From assembly GCA_035549295.1 (NCBI GenBank), contig DASZRG010000043.1, positions 1,910 to 65,909 on the forward strand: a stretch of DNA of 64,000 nt, written 5' to 3'. A program made the translations under genes and the position numbers. How positions within the stretch are numbered: position 1 is the stretch's first letter; every line of letters starts with the position of its first letter. The DNA is from Patescibacteria group bacterium (lineage in GTDB: Bacteria > Patescibacteriota > Microgenomatia > Levybacterales > GWA1-39-11). Below, piece after piece: positions 7,746-16,677 of this stretch. Under the pieces are notes generated by a model. It searched no databases and was not told where the DNA came from. It saw nothing but the letters and a program-made list of their open reading frames with translations.

Positions 7746-8676
7746 TTTCCTCCTCCTTTGACTCGACGGAACCTTCAGTGGAGTCGGTCTTTGTCTCGCC
7801 AGAGCTTTCAGCGTCGGCGGACTTTTCAGCTTCATTTACCACTTCAGTTGCAGTTGCTGGTGTCGCATCAGTTGGCGCCTCGACAACATCTGCTGCAGGT
7901 GCTGTCTCAACGACTTCTGCCGTTTCTTCAGTCTTTACTTCTTCTTTTCCAAGATCTGCGACTTCTGCAATCTGGGATAAATCCTCCTGAACTGTCTCTA
8001 TCTTTTCTTCTTCTTTTTTCTCAGCCCAAAGAGGAGTGAAGTTTTTGTTCTTTCGACCAACCTTATTTAAAACAACTATGCTTCCACGAGTTCCTGGGAT
8101 CAAACCTTTAACCAAAATTAAATCATCTTTGATCTCAAGAACCTCAAGGTTTTTGACAGTTACTTGCTCATTACCCATGCGACCGGCCATTTTTTTACCT
8201 TTGTAAACACGGCCTGGAGTTGTACCTGATCCGCTTGATCCGCGAGCACGCTCACGATCTGACTGTCCATGAGTTCTTGGTCCACCAGCAAATCTGTATC
8301 TCTTAACAACACCTGCAAACCCTTTTCCTTTTGAAGTTCCAGTTACGTCTACGTAGTCGCCAGCCTCAAAAACCTCATCAATTACAACTGGCGATCCGGC
8401 TGTCGCGCCTGCGACATCATCTACCCTTATTTCGCGAAAAAAGCGGGGTGTTGTTGATAATCCCGCTTTTTTTATGTGGCCGCTCGTTGGTTTGTCAGGG
8501 CGCATATTTTCTCCGAATGAGAGTTGAATGGATGAATAACCCTCTTTTTCAGGAGTTTTGACCTGAGAAACGACGTTTCCACCCACGGCGATAATCGAAA
8601 GCGGAACGCGGGTTCCATCTTCCAAAAAGCCTTGCGTTTGAGCAATTTTTTGACCAATAAGACCTGTAATGTTCAT
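7732..8676 (-). CDS. rplC: 50S ribosomal protein L3, with a roughly 110 aa acidic Glu/Thr/Ala-rich C-terminal tail. An alternative start lies at 8721
   Basis: The N-terminus MNITGLIGQKIAQTQGF matches L3. The tail runs in frame to the stop at 7732. Confidence 0.9.
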   Translation of the reverse strand: MNITGLIGQKIAQTQGFLEDGTRVPLSIIAVGGNVVSQVKTPEKEGYSSIQLSFGENMRPDKPTSGHIKKAGLSTTPRFFREIRVDDVAGATAGSPVVIDEVFEAGDYVDVTGTSKGKGFAGVVKRYRFAGGPRTHGQSDRERARGSSGSGTTPGRVYKGKKMAGRMGNEQVTVKNLEVLEIKDDLILVKGLIPGTRGSIVVLNKVGRKNKNFTPLWAEKKEEEKIETVQEDLSQIAEVADLGKEEVKTEETAEVVETAPAADVVEAPTDATPATATEVVNEAEKSADAESSGETKTDSTEGSVESKEEENAGK

Positions 8677-8791
8677 GTTTTTTAAGGCAACAAAAAAGCG
8701 ACATCGAGTCGCTCCATTCACGTCCCAGGGATTGAACTCGTAGCATCATGTAACTAAAGAACCTATCAATAGTTTGGACATGTAAGATAGA

Positions 8792-8820
8792 ATTATATAC
8801 TGTTTCGGCCTTAATTGCAA
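8792..8820 (-). promoter_or_regulatory. Putative sigma70-type promoter for the rplC operon (TTGCAA, 17 nt spacer, TATAAT read on the minus strand)
   Basis: On the plus strand, the reverse complement of TATAAT lies at 8792-8797 and the reverse complement of TTGCAA at 8815-8820. It lies upstream of rplC in the gap opened by the CDF/NUDIX insertion. Confidence 0.4.
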
Positions 8821-8867
8821 CACGCACGAAATACGCTCCAAAAAATCATATCTGATATACTAAAATC

Positions 8868-9797
8868 GTGGAAAAACGAGAGGTAAAAAATACACCTCCA
8901 TCATCAAAAAAAGTAATTTTGGCATCTTTTTTGGTCGATCTTTCTGATGTTCTGCTGAGCCTTTTCGCTGCGACCACCTCCGGAAGCATCATCATGTTTA
9001 TCGAGCTAATTGAGGCTATTGCTGACCTTTCAGCATCCGGACTACTTGTAATTGGTGCCAACCGAGCAAAACTACCCGCAAATAAAGCCTTCCCATTTGG
9101 TCACGGCCGTGAAGTCTACTTCTGGAGCTTCATTTCGGCGATTTTGATAATAGGGATCGCATCAACATTTTCGATATATTTTGGCTGGCAAAGACTCACA
9201 AACCCGCATGAAATTAAAAATATTCAGTTAACTTTTCTTATACTTCTTATAACAACCTGCACCAATGGGTATGCGTTCTACATAAGCCTAAAGCGTCTTC
9301 GTGGCAAAATACACTCAAGAAGCATTTTAAATTCATTCCTGAGATCGTCACTGGTCGAAATTAAAACCACTTTTGTACTCGATCTAATGGGAACTGTTGC
9401 ATCAATTCTGGGATTTTTCGCATTACTAATATATGTTGCAACAGGCGACTTACGATTTGATGGAATTGGAGGAATTACGGTTGGATTCACACTTGCTACG
9501 CTCGGAATACTTCTGATTCTTGGAATACGAGACCTCTTAGTTGGTAAAAGCGCATCAAATGAGACTTTGGAACTTCTCAAGAAAATTGCCCTCACAATAC
9601 CTGAAGTAAATGATGTTTTGGAAGTAAAAACAATGCACATTGGGTCAGAAAGGCTTCTTGTAAACATGAATGTTACGATGAAAAATAACCTCACGACACA
9701 AGAAGTCGCAAAAACTATAGATGAAATCGAAAGAAGAATAAGAATAGAGATGCCAGCCGTAAAACATATTCAGGTCGAACTTGACCTTCCAGAATAG
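8868..9797 (+). CDS. Cation diffusion facilitator (CDF) family metal efflux transporter; GTG start
   Basis: The 309 aa ORF has six predicted TM helices (HGREVYFWSFISAILIIGIA) plus a C-terminal cytoplasmic CDF domain. It is encoded opposite to the flanking ribosomal genes. Confidence 0.8.
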   Translation: MEKREVKNTPPSSKKVILASFLVDLSDVLLSLFAATTSGSIIMFIELIEAIADLSASGLLVIGANRAKLPANKAFPFGHGREVYFWSFISAILIIGIASTFSIYFGWQRLTNPHEIKNIQLTFLILLITTCTNGYAFYISLKRLRGKIHSRSILNSFLRSSLVEIKTTFVLDLMGTVASILGFFALLIYVATGDLRFDGIGGITVGFTLATLGILLILGIRDLLVGKSASNETLELLKKIALTIPEVNDVLEVKTMHIGSERLLVNMNVTMKNNLTTQEVAKTIDEIERRIRIEMPAVKHIQVELDLPE

Positions 9798-9808
9798 TAA
9801 TTTATAAT
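9781..9808 (+). promoter_or_regulatory. Putative promoter TTGACC (9781-9786), 16 nt spacer, TATAAT (9803-9808), placed 8 nt before the NUDIX ATG, consistent with a leaderless mRNA
   Basis: The hexamers are read directly. There is no Shine-Dalgarno sequence between the -10 element and the ATG at 9817. Confidence 0.45.
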
Positions 9809-9816
9809 CACAATAT

Positions 9817-10239
9817 ATGAATCAGCGAGTCGTCATGGGCGGATTTATTGTCCGAGATAAAAAATTTTTGATTGTAAAACGATCCAAAAATGATAGTTTT
9901 CTTCCAGGATTTTGGGAAATACCAGGCGGCAAACTCGAGCATGGAGAATCTCCAGAATCTGGTTTGTATCGGGAGCTCCTGGAAGAAACAGGATTGAAAG
10001 TAAAGCCTATTAGCGCACTTTCTTCGTGGACTTATGGAAATGTAGACAAAACACAGTTCATTCAAATAGACTATTTATGCGAAATAGAGCAAGATGCACA
10101 AGTTATTTTAAGCGAAGAACACGAAGAATATAGATGGGTTGATTTTGAAGAGGCTAAAAAAATGGATATAACAAGTCCTATGAAAACTGAAATTTTGAAA
10201 TTTGAACAAAATCCGCTAGTGAGAACTTACTTCTCCTAG
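9817..10239 (+). CDS. NUDIX hydrolase (MutT-like)
   Basis: The Nudix box GGKLEHGESPESGLYRELLEETGL (G-x5-E-x7-REUxEExGU) is present in a 140 aa ORF. Confidence 0.85.
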   Translation: MNQRVVMGGFIVRDKKFLIVKRSKNDSFLPGFWEIPGGKLEHGESPESGLYRELLEETGLKVKPISALSSWTYGNVDKTQFIQIDYLCEIEQDAQVILSEEHEEYRWVDFEEAKKMDITSPMKTEILKFEQNPLVRTYFS

Positions 10240-10242
10240 AAG

Positions 10243-10554
10243 CTACATTTTAATTTCAACATCAACTCCGGCTGGAAGATCAAGGTGAATAAGAGACTCA
10301 ATTGTCTTTTCAGTTGGCGAAATAATATCTATGAGTCTTTTGTGAGTCTTGAGTTGGAAGTGTTCACGAGCATCTTTGTCGATAAAAGGTGACTTATCAA
10401 CTGTAAAAACGCTTCTTTTTGATGGTAGCGGTATAGGACCTGCAATTTTTGCTCCAGTTCTGATAGCCGTATCAAGGATTTGTTGACACGTTGAATCTAT
10501 GATCCTTGAATCATATGATTTTAGTCTAACTCTGATTCTTCCTTTTTGTGCCAT
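10243..10554 (-). CDS. rpsJ: 30S ribosomal protein S10
   Basis: The 103 aa ORF starts [15 protein letters not shown] and carries the S10 fold sequence. Its stop codon lies 3 nt from the convergent NUDIX stop. Confidence 0.95.
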   Translation of the reverse strand: MAQKGRIRVRLKSYDSRIIDSTCQQILDTAIRTGAKIAGPIPLPSKRSVFTVDKSPFIDKDAREHFQLKTHKRLIDIISPTEKTIESLIHLDLPAGVDVEIKM

Positions 10555-10570
10555 GACTTCCTTTTTAAAA

Positions 10571-10605
10571 TAAAAAAACCTACCGCTTTCAGCGCAGTAG
10601 GTTTA
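10571..10605 (-). terminator. Intrinsic terminator after tuf
   Basis: On the minus strand, a CCTACTGCGC / GCGGTAGG stem-loop is followed by a 7-U run. It sits between the tuf stop (10678) and the rpsJ start. Confidence 0.55.
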
Positions 10606-10677
10606 CACATGCTTTTCTAACCAAAATTGTAAAATGTGCTACCAGAGATCCCGGATCAAGTCCGTGATGACCAAATG

Positions 10678-11859
10678 TTATTTGGTCACTTTAGTAATAA
10701 CTCCGGCTCCTACTGTTCGGCCACCTTCACGAATAGCAAATCTCATTCCTTCTTCAAGTGCGATAGGTACAATAAGCTTTGCACTCATCTTGGTGTTGTC
10801 TCCTGGCATAACCATCTCAACACCCTCACCAAGGAATATTTCACCAGTTACATCAGTCGTTCTGATATAAAACTGTGGTCGGTATCCTTTGAAGAATGGA
10901 GTGTGACGTCCACCTTCTTCTTTGGTAAGAACATAAACTTCAGCTTCAAATTCTGTGTGAGGAGTAATAGATCCTGGTTTTGCTATAACCATTCCACGCT
11001 CAACATCAGCTTTTTCGATACCTCGAAGAAGAAGTCCAGCATTATCTCCTGCTTGAGCATCTTCCAATGTCTTTCGGAAAGCCTCAATTCCTGTGATAAC
11101 TGTTGATTTAGTAGGTTTGATACCAACTATTTCGATTGTGTCGTTAACTTTTGTAATACCGCGTTCTACGCGTCCAGTAACAACTGTTCCGCGACCCTTG
11201 ATTGAGAAAACGTCCTCAACAGGCATAAGGAATGGCTTGTCTGTATCACGAACTGGAGTTGGAATGTACTCATCAACCTTGTCCATGAGCTCCATGATTT
11301 GAGCTTCAGCCTCAGCATCACCTTGAGTTGCTTTAAGAGCTGAACCCTTGATGATTGGTACCTCTGCACCAGGATATTGATATTTTGAAAGAAGTTCACG
11401 AACTTCCATTTCAACGAGATCAATAAGTTCAGGATCTGAAACCATATCAATTTTGTTAAGGAAAACAATAATTGAAGGCACTCCAACCTGGCGAGCAAGA
11501 ACGATGTGTTCACGAGTTTGAGGCATTGGTCCGTCAGCTGCTGAAACAACGAGGATTGCTCCATCCATCTGAGCAGCACCTGTGATCATGTTCTTAACAT
11601 AATCAGCGTGTCCAGGAGCGTCAATGTGAGCGTAGTGTCTTTTGTCTGTTTCGTATTCTTGGTGGGAAATGTTAATCGTAACTCCACGAGCTTTTTCCTC
11701 AGGTGCGTTATCGATATCTTCATATTTTCTTGCTTCTGCGTAACCTTTTTTAGCAAGAACCATTGTGATAGCGGATGTCAAAGTTGTCTTACCATGGTCG
11801 ACGTGACCAATGGTTCCAATGTTGACGTGCGGTTTGTTGCGGTTAAATACTCCAGCCAT
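10678..11859 (-). CDS. tuf: Elongation factor Tu
   Basis: The 393 aa ORF contains [10 protein letters not shown], the DAPGHADY switch region and the NKID motif, and matches EF-Tu along its full length. Confidence 0.97.
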   Translation of the reverse strand: MAGVFNRNKPHVNIGTIGHVDHGKTTLTSAITMVLAKKGYAEARKYEDIDNAPEEKARGVTINISHQEYETDKRHYAHIDAPGHADYVKNMITGAAQMDGAILVVSAADGPMPQTREHIVLARQVGVPSIIVFLNKIDMVSDPELIDLVEMEVRELLSKYQYPGAEVPIIKGSALKATQGDAEAEAQIMELMDKVDEYIPTPVRDTDKPFLMPVEDVFSIKGRGTVVTGRVERGITKVNDTIEIVGIKPTKSTVITGIEAFRKTLEDAQAGDNAGLLLRGIEKADVERGMVIAKPGSITPHTEFEAEVYVLTKEEGGRHTPFFKGYRPQFYIRTTDVTGEIFLGEGVEMVMPGDNTKMSAKLIVPIALEEGMRFAIREGGRTVGAGVITKVTK

Positions 11860-12156
11860 TTTTGTAAAAAATAAACCCTTCGTTTAACTCAGGGTGAAAT
11901 ACATGATACAAAACTTTTTAAAAATCGTCAAGAGGTAAATTGCATGCAAATACTCTACAAATATAAATCGTGCGAATATCTACAAATAATAACGGTTTGG
12001 TAATAAGTCTGCGCTACACGAATAAACCCGAATGTAAACGAATGAAATCCGAATAATTTAGTCATCAAGACTAAAGGAGTTAATGATTAGTCTGATGTCT
12101 TAATGATTGATCACTAATTCTTTTAATCCTAATCACTAAAAGGGATTGCTTAATAC

Positions 12157-14625
12157 TTACTTACTGATGGCGCCGAGTTCGACAATTGTTAATCCGTCTC
12201 GTTTTATTTTTTGCAAAACGGGATAATTTTTAACTTCTTTATTTGATGATGAAACTTTTAATATCATTCTAAAAGTATTCTGTGGTGCTGGATCAACCAA
12301 AATTGGAAGCTTATTGCTCATCTCATCTTGCGAAACAAGCGATATTGACAGGAATTTTTCTTTTGGCAAATTGCTGATTACACCTTGCGTGTCAGATATG
12401 AGTGCGTTTGTTTCAGAATTATTTAGGCCAAGAGGTTTTGAAAATTTATCTATGATTTCATCCCTCCAATTGCCAGCATCAATAGTAAACTCTCCTTCAC
12501 TATTCAAATGGATTTTCTTCGGATCAAATTCATAATATATATTTGAATAATTAATATCATTACTAAACTTCAGATTACTATTGCTGCTAACAGTAAAATT
12601 CCATAGTGGATTATTTGAGCTGTAAGACGGCGATGTATATGTAGTTTGGAAATCAGTCGTTAGACTTAGTTGCATTGGTTTTTGAGAGTAGACAAAAATG
12701 TGAGGAGATACTCCTGTAATATAACAATTTCCTACTGAGCCTTGAGATAAGAACAGATTCTGAATAGTATCAACCGTTGATGACGGAAATAGATCGGGTT
12801 TCTTTACCCAATCCGAATACTGATAGTGCTCCATCGCGTCATTTAGAATTGATTTTGTATCGCTAAGTACTTGTGACACGTATTTTGTTTCGAACGAAGC
12901 ACCCCCATCAAGACCTCCATATTGTTTCATGCAACTACTCGTCATAGGTGCTGGCATCGCATAAGTTGAACAGTTTTTATTCATCGTATCAAATAGCTGG
13001 TCAAGATCTGTACCATAGGTTAAGCTGGGATTCGCGCGAGCAACATTAATTGCATATTGCTGTGCAACAACTTTAAAAAATGCATCTCGAACCGCATCGA
13101 TGTTTATATCACTTGGATTATCAGAATAAACATAATAAGAATGTGTAGTTCCTGACGGTGCAACTACTAGTTGTCCATATCCTTCTACATCAAACTCAAT
13201 AAGATTATTTATGTCTCCACCATTCTCATCTATACATGCGTCAGCAGGCGGAGTACTAGAATACTGAGGGGCTGGTGAATTTGTTTGTTGGGCAATGCTT
13301 GGTTGAGACGTTGGGGTTACTTGGGTAATAGAGGGACTAAATGATCGCATCTGAATCGTTTGCTGACCGAGAACTTGCTCACCACTTGCAGTATTTGATG
13401 CTAAATCATTTTCATTTGAAACCATACTTAGATCTGATCTCAAGGCAGGAACTACCTGGGCAAATTTAACATTATAGCCTGAATCCAACTCGACACTACC
13501 TCTTACGAGGTAATATGGAACGTATGTATCCTGTGCCACATCAGTAGGTTTATCAAGATAGATAAGACCCACATCATAAATCACGGCATTGTTATATGTA
13601 GCTTTTGCTTGATCATCTGGATAAACTTTGCTCAGGTCAGTTGCTCCCGATCCGTCAGGGACCGTAAAGCTATAAAGTGCTTTATGGCTCTTTAACGAAG
13701 CTAGAGCTTCATCGGTTGAAATAATCTCATCGGCAGACGCACTACTTTTTATTTGCTCAGAGTTTAATATCCAACGAATATTTGAATCGATTGACAACAG
13801 TGACCCATCTGAAGTTACTGCAATTGTTATAGTGTTAAATGAATTTGGTCGAGCAAGCCCATCAAGACCGGAACTTTCAGATATTATATTTTTGTCTTGC
13901 GGTGAATCAGCATTTTCAACAACGCCCGGCAGAATTTGCGAGATAGGTTTGTTAACAGGCAGATTCAATGCCCCTCCCAAGTTTACAACAGGCAAGCCAA
14001 GGCTTGTTCTATGACACTCTACAAAAGTAACAGATGAGGGATAGCCTGTTTTTTTATAGGTATGCTGACAAGAAAGGAATGAATCTGCTAACCCTATACT
14101 CTTTATTACACTCTGTGCCATGTCAATCGGAGTCGAAGAGGAAATATTATCTGAGTTAATTGTGCTTATTTTAAAGTCTCCATACGAACGATAGTTAAAT
14201 TCTCCCGACGATTTGTTAAATTGCATTATTCCACGCTTCTCGGGATCTACTAAATTGTCAAACACCACGTTTGGGTCACCCGCTGTTTCTTTAAGCTGGT
14301 CAAGACCGAATTTATTTCCAAAGGCAAACGCTTCGGCGGTCGTAAAATTGGATTTGAGAATATATTTTGAAACAGATACAGGAGCAACTGAACTACTAGG
14401 CTGTTTTTCAGTGTAATAATTAAAATACACTTTTTGGCTCGGTGTTTCTGCCGTTTTTGAGGTTTTATTTCCCTTAGCTGGTTCGTTTTGTGCGACTTTT
14501 GGTTTGTTTAGTAGTAAAAATATTGCTAGCACCAAAGTAATGAATATAGCAATTCCGCAAGCTATAAAAATCCAGTTCTTTTTGAAGTTAAAATTTTGAA
14601 ATAAATTCCTGATCTTTTGGATCAT
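12157..14625 (-). CDS. Large hypothetical extracytoplasmic protein (822 aa) with an N-terminal membrane anchor
   Basis: An N-terminal TM helix (NWIFIACGIAIFITLVLAIFLLL) is followed by Ser/Thr/Asn-rich, low-complexity domains. I do not recognise any family. Confidence 0.6.
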   Translation of the reverse strand: MIQKIRNLFQNFNFKKNWIFIACGIAIFITLVLAIFLLLNKPKVAQNEPAKGNKTSKTAETPSQKVYFNYYTEKQPSSSVAPVSVSKYILKSNFTTAEAFAFGNKFGLDQLKETAGDPNVVFDNLVDPEKRGIMQFNKSSGEFNYRSYGDFKISTINSDNISSSTPIDMAQSVIKSIGLADSFLSCQHTYKKTGYPSSVTFVECHRTSLGLPVVNLGGALNLPVNKPISQILPGVVENADSPQDKNIISESSGLDGLARPNSFNTITIAVTSDGSLLSIDSNIRWILNSEQIKSSASADEIISTDEALASLKSHKALYSFTVPDGSGATDLSKVYPDDQAKATYNNAVIYDVGLIYLDKPTDVAQDTYVPYYLVRGSVELDSGYNVKFAQVVPALRSDLSMVSNENDLASNTASGEQVLGQQTIQMRSFSPSITQVTPTSQPSIAQQTNSPAPQYSSTPPADACIDENGGDINNLIEFDVEGYGQLVVAPSGTTHSYYVYSDNPSDINIDAVRDAFFKVVAQQYAINVARANPSLTYGTDLDQLFDTMNKNCSTYAMPAPMTSSCMKQYGGLDGGASFETKYVSQVLSDTKSILNDAMEHYQYSDWVKKPDLFPSSTVDTIQNLFLSQGSVGNCYITGVSPHIFVYSQKPMQLSLTTDFQTTYTSPSYSSNNPLWNFTVSSNSNLKFSNDINYSNIYYEFDPKKIHLNSEGEFTIDAGNWRDEIIDKFSKPLGLNNSETNALISDTQGVISNLPKEKFLSISLVSQDEMSNKLPILVDPAPQNTFRMILKVSSSNKEVKNYPVLQKIKRDGLTIVELGAISK

Positions 14626-14667
14626 ATTTCAGGTTACACATAAGCTGAACTTTATTCAAGCAAGAGG

Positions 14668-15333
14668 CTACTTTTGTTTAACTAAGAAGTATTCTTCGCG
14701 AGGCAAACCTTCTCTGAGCTTTAAAATTCTTTCGTAATCATGTTTTTGAGACTTGTGGGCTGCCATCGCTGCAAGCTTTGTGTCCCAAACACTTGAAACA
14801 TCGACAACCTCATCTATATCTTCCATCTTGTATCCATCTGGCCTGTAGACAAAATATGGCTGACCTTTTTGTCGATCCGTCATTTGTCTAGTATTTGCCG
14901 TATACATGATCTTTTTAATAAAAGGTGACCTTTCAAAGACGAATGACGAAACCATGGACATAACTATGTGATCTATATGACCTGATCCGCCATTGGGATT
15001 GGAAGTGAGTATCAATTCGGGTTTTATTTTCTCAAGATGCTTCTCAATTGAATCGGCTATTTTATGATAGATCGAATTGGAAAGCGTGCCGTCAACAAAA
15101 CCTAGGAAAAAAACTTTTTTGATTCCCAAAATTTTTGCGGATTTTCTAAGTTCGTCGGCACGAACTTCGGATAATGGTTTACCATTTCTTAAACTATCCT
15201 TCCCTATTTCTCCCTTAGTAGCACAAAGCAAATATAGATCGTATTTTTGGGCAAGAAGCGCTATCGTCCCGGCCGGCCCGAAAGCCTCGTCATCCGGGTG
15301 GGCGAAAATACATACTGCGGTGCGGTTTTTCAC
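14668..15333 (-). CDS. PIG-L / LmbE family N-acetylglucosaminyl deacetylase
   Basis: The N-terminal AVCIFAHPDDEAFGPAGT motif (HPDDE) is characteristic of PIG-L. It lies upstream of, and co-directional with, the 822 aa gene. Confidence 0.75.
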   Translation of the reverse strand: MKNRTAVCIFAHPDDEAFGPAGTIALLAQKYDLYLLCATKGEIGKDSLRNGKPLSEVRADELRKSAKILGIKKVFFLGFVDGTLSNSIYHKIADSIEKHLEKIKPELILTSNPNGGSGHIDHIVMSMVSSFVFERSPFIKKIMYTANTRQMTDRQKGQPYFVYRPDGYKMEDIDEVVDVSSVWDTKLAAMAAHKSQKHDYERILKLREGLPREEYFLVKQK

Positions 15334-15374
15334 AACTGTATTTTATCACTAATGTATCCGAATGGTTAGTCCGA

Positions 15375-15809
15375 ATGAACCGAATGCACTATACTTTAAT
15401 TATGCCCAATATCGTTTATCCGGAACTTTCATATAAGTTAATGGGTATTCTATTTCAAATACATACAGAATTAGGTAATAGATATCAAGAAAAATATTAT
15501 CAACGAGCAATTGAATTATCTCTTAAGAAAAATGGAATTATATATAAAAAGGAACTACCAGTAGATTTAATCTTTGAGGGAGAGAAAATTGGTAAATATT
15601 ATCTCGATTTTTTGGTTGAGAATAAAATTATTTTAGAAGTAAAAGCAGTCGAGAGAATCTTACCTAAAGATTTTACTCAATTACTTGCATATTTAAAGGC
15701 AAACAACCTAGAGCTAGGAATTCTAGTAAACTTCAGGACTAATAAATTATTTTCTCGAAGAATTTTAAACTCGGATTTTCAAAGAGACAATTCGGGTCAT
15801 TTGGAGTAA
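15375..15809 (+). CDS. GxxExxY family protein
   Basis: The sequence YLDFLVENKIILEVKAVERILPKDFTQLLAYLKANNLELGILVNF matches the GxxExxY (TIGR04256-like) family. The start may instead be the second ATG at 15384. Confidence 0.65.
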   Translation: MNRMHYTLIMPNIVYPELSYKLMGILFQIHTELGNRYQEKYYQRAIELSLKKNGIIYKKELPVDLIFEGEKIGKYYLDFLVENKIILEVKAVERILPKDFTQLLAYLKANNLELGILVNFRTNKLFSRRILNSDFQRDNSGHLE

Positions 15810-15834
15810 AAATTCGGATTTATTCGTGATACCG

Positions 15835-16374
15835 CTACGCGGTGCCTAGTTGTTCCAGTTTTTCTACCATATGGTCATCACTAATATTTGATACATCAAC
15901 ATTTTGCTGATGCATAAGGATGAGGCCTTGGATGATTTTTCTAGCTTTCGCAGCATCTGCTTTTCTTAGATATGGCACAGAGACTGTATTATCGGCAAAT
16001 GACTGGTCAACAATCTTGAGCGTTGAAAAAAACGGACCCTCATCAAGAAAAACATCAAGAATATTTTTTACATATATGCAGTGGACATTAAAAGATGAAA
16101 AGAACTCTTTTGTAATGACATTTACCTTGAGAGGGTCTATCGTTATCTTATCGGGAAAAAGTGCAAAAGGAAAAACAGATTTTGTTTTGAAAAGAACATG
16201 ATTGGATTTGGAAATGATGAGATTAAATTTTCTCGTATTCTCTGCGACTTTTTTGACATATTCTTTGGCCGCATCTTTGAGTCCCTCTTTGTTGGCTTCA
16301 TCTATAAATTTCTGGCGAGCGGGATCGCTTCTGATCTGACCGTTTTTTGGGTATGATGAAAGTTGATTATCCAT
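15835..16374 (-). CDS. Hypothetical protein (179 aa)
   Basis: A clean ORF with no recognisable motifs. It is convergent with the GxxExxY gene. Confidence 0.5.
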   Translation of the reverse strand: MDNQLSSYPKNGQIRSDPARQKFIDEANKEGLKDAAKEYVKKVAENTRKFNLIISKSNHVLFKTKSVFPFALFPDKITIDPLKVNVITKEFFSSFNVHCIYVKNILDVFLDEGPFFSTLKIVDQSFADNTVSVPYLRKADAAKARKIIQGLILMHQQNVDVSNISDDHMVEKLEQLGTA

Positions 16375-16610
16375 AGCTATCTAAGTTACACAAGAGGGTT
16401 TAAGTTCACACAAAGATTGGCGAAGAAAAGGGTAAGAACTTATCGAGAATATCTAGATCAATACTACAAATAAGCAAATGAATTAAGAAACTCTAAAATG
16501 AATTAATATATAAATATTATTTCGAATTTATATATTTAACAATTTATAATTCATTTGAACTTTATCATTTGCATATTTGCTTATTAAAGCATGGCTCACC
16601 CTCATCCTAA

Positions 16611-16653
16611 CCTTCTCCCCTCAAGGGAGAAGGAAATCAAGGTTTTTTGATTT
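16611..16653 (+). promoter_or_regulatory. Two consecutive hairpins in the msrB upstream region (CCTTCTCCC-CTCAA-GGGAGAAGG, then AAATCAA-GGTTTT-TTGATTT)
   Basis: Perfect inverted repeats are read directly. They overlap the -35 region of the extended -10 promoter at 16663-16671. Confidence 0.35.
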
Positions 16654-16662
16654 GCGATCTCC

Positions 16663-16671
16663 TGATATAAT
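16663..16671 (+). promoter_or_regulatory. Extended -10 element TGATATAAT, 6 nt upstream of the msrB ATG (leaderless configuration)
   Basis: TGnTATAAT lies at 16663-16671 and the ATG at 16678, with no intervening ribosome-binding site. Confidence 0.45.
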
Positions 16672-16677
16672 GTCTAT

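Noticed and set aside
11860-12156. tRNA genes in the larger intergenic regions (upstream of tuf, 16375-16677, 47316-47624, 53389-53573)
   Set aside because: No T-loop (GTTCRANYC) or cloverleaf-compatible segments were found by eye. The duplicated 110 nt element lacks tRNA features.
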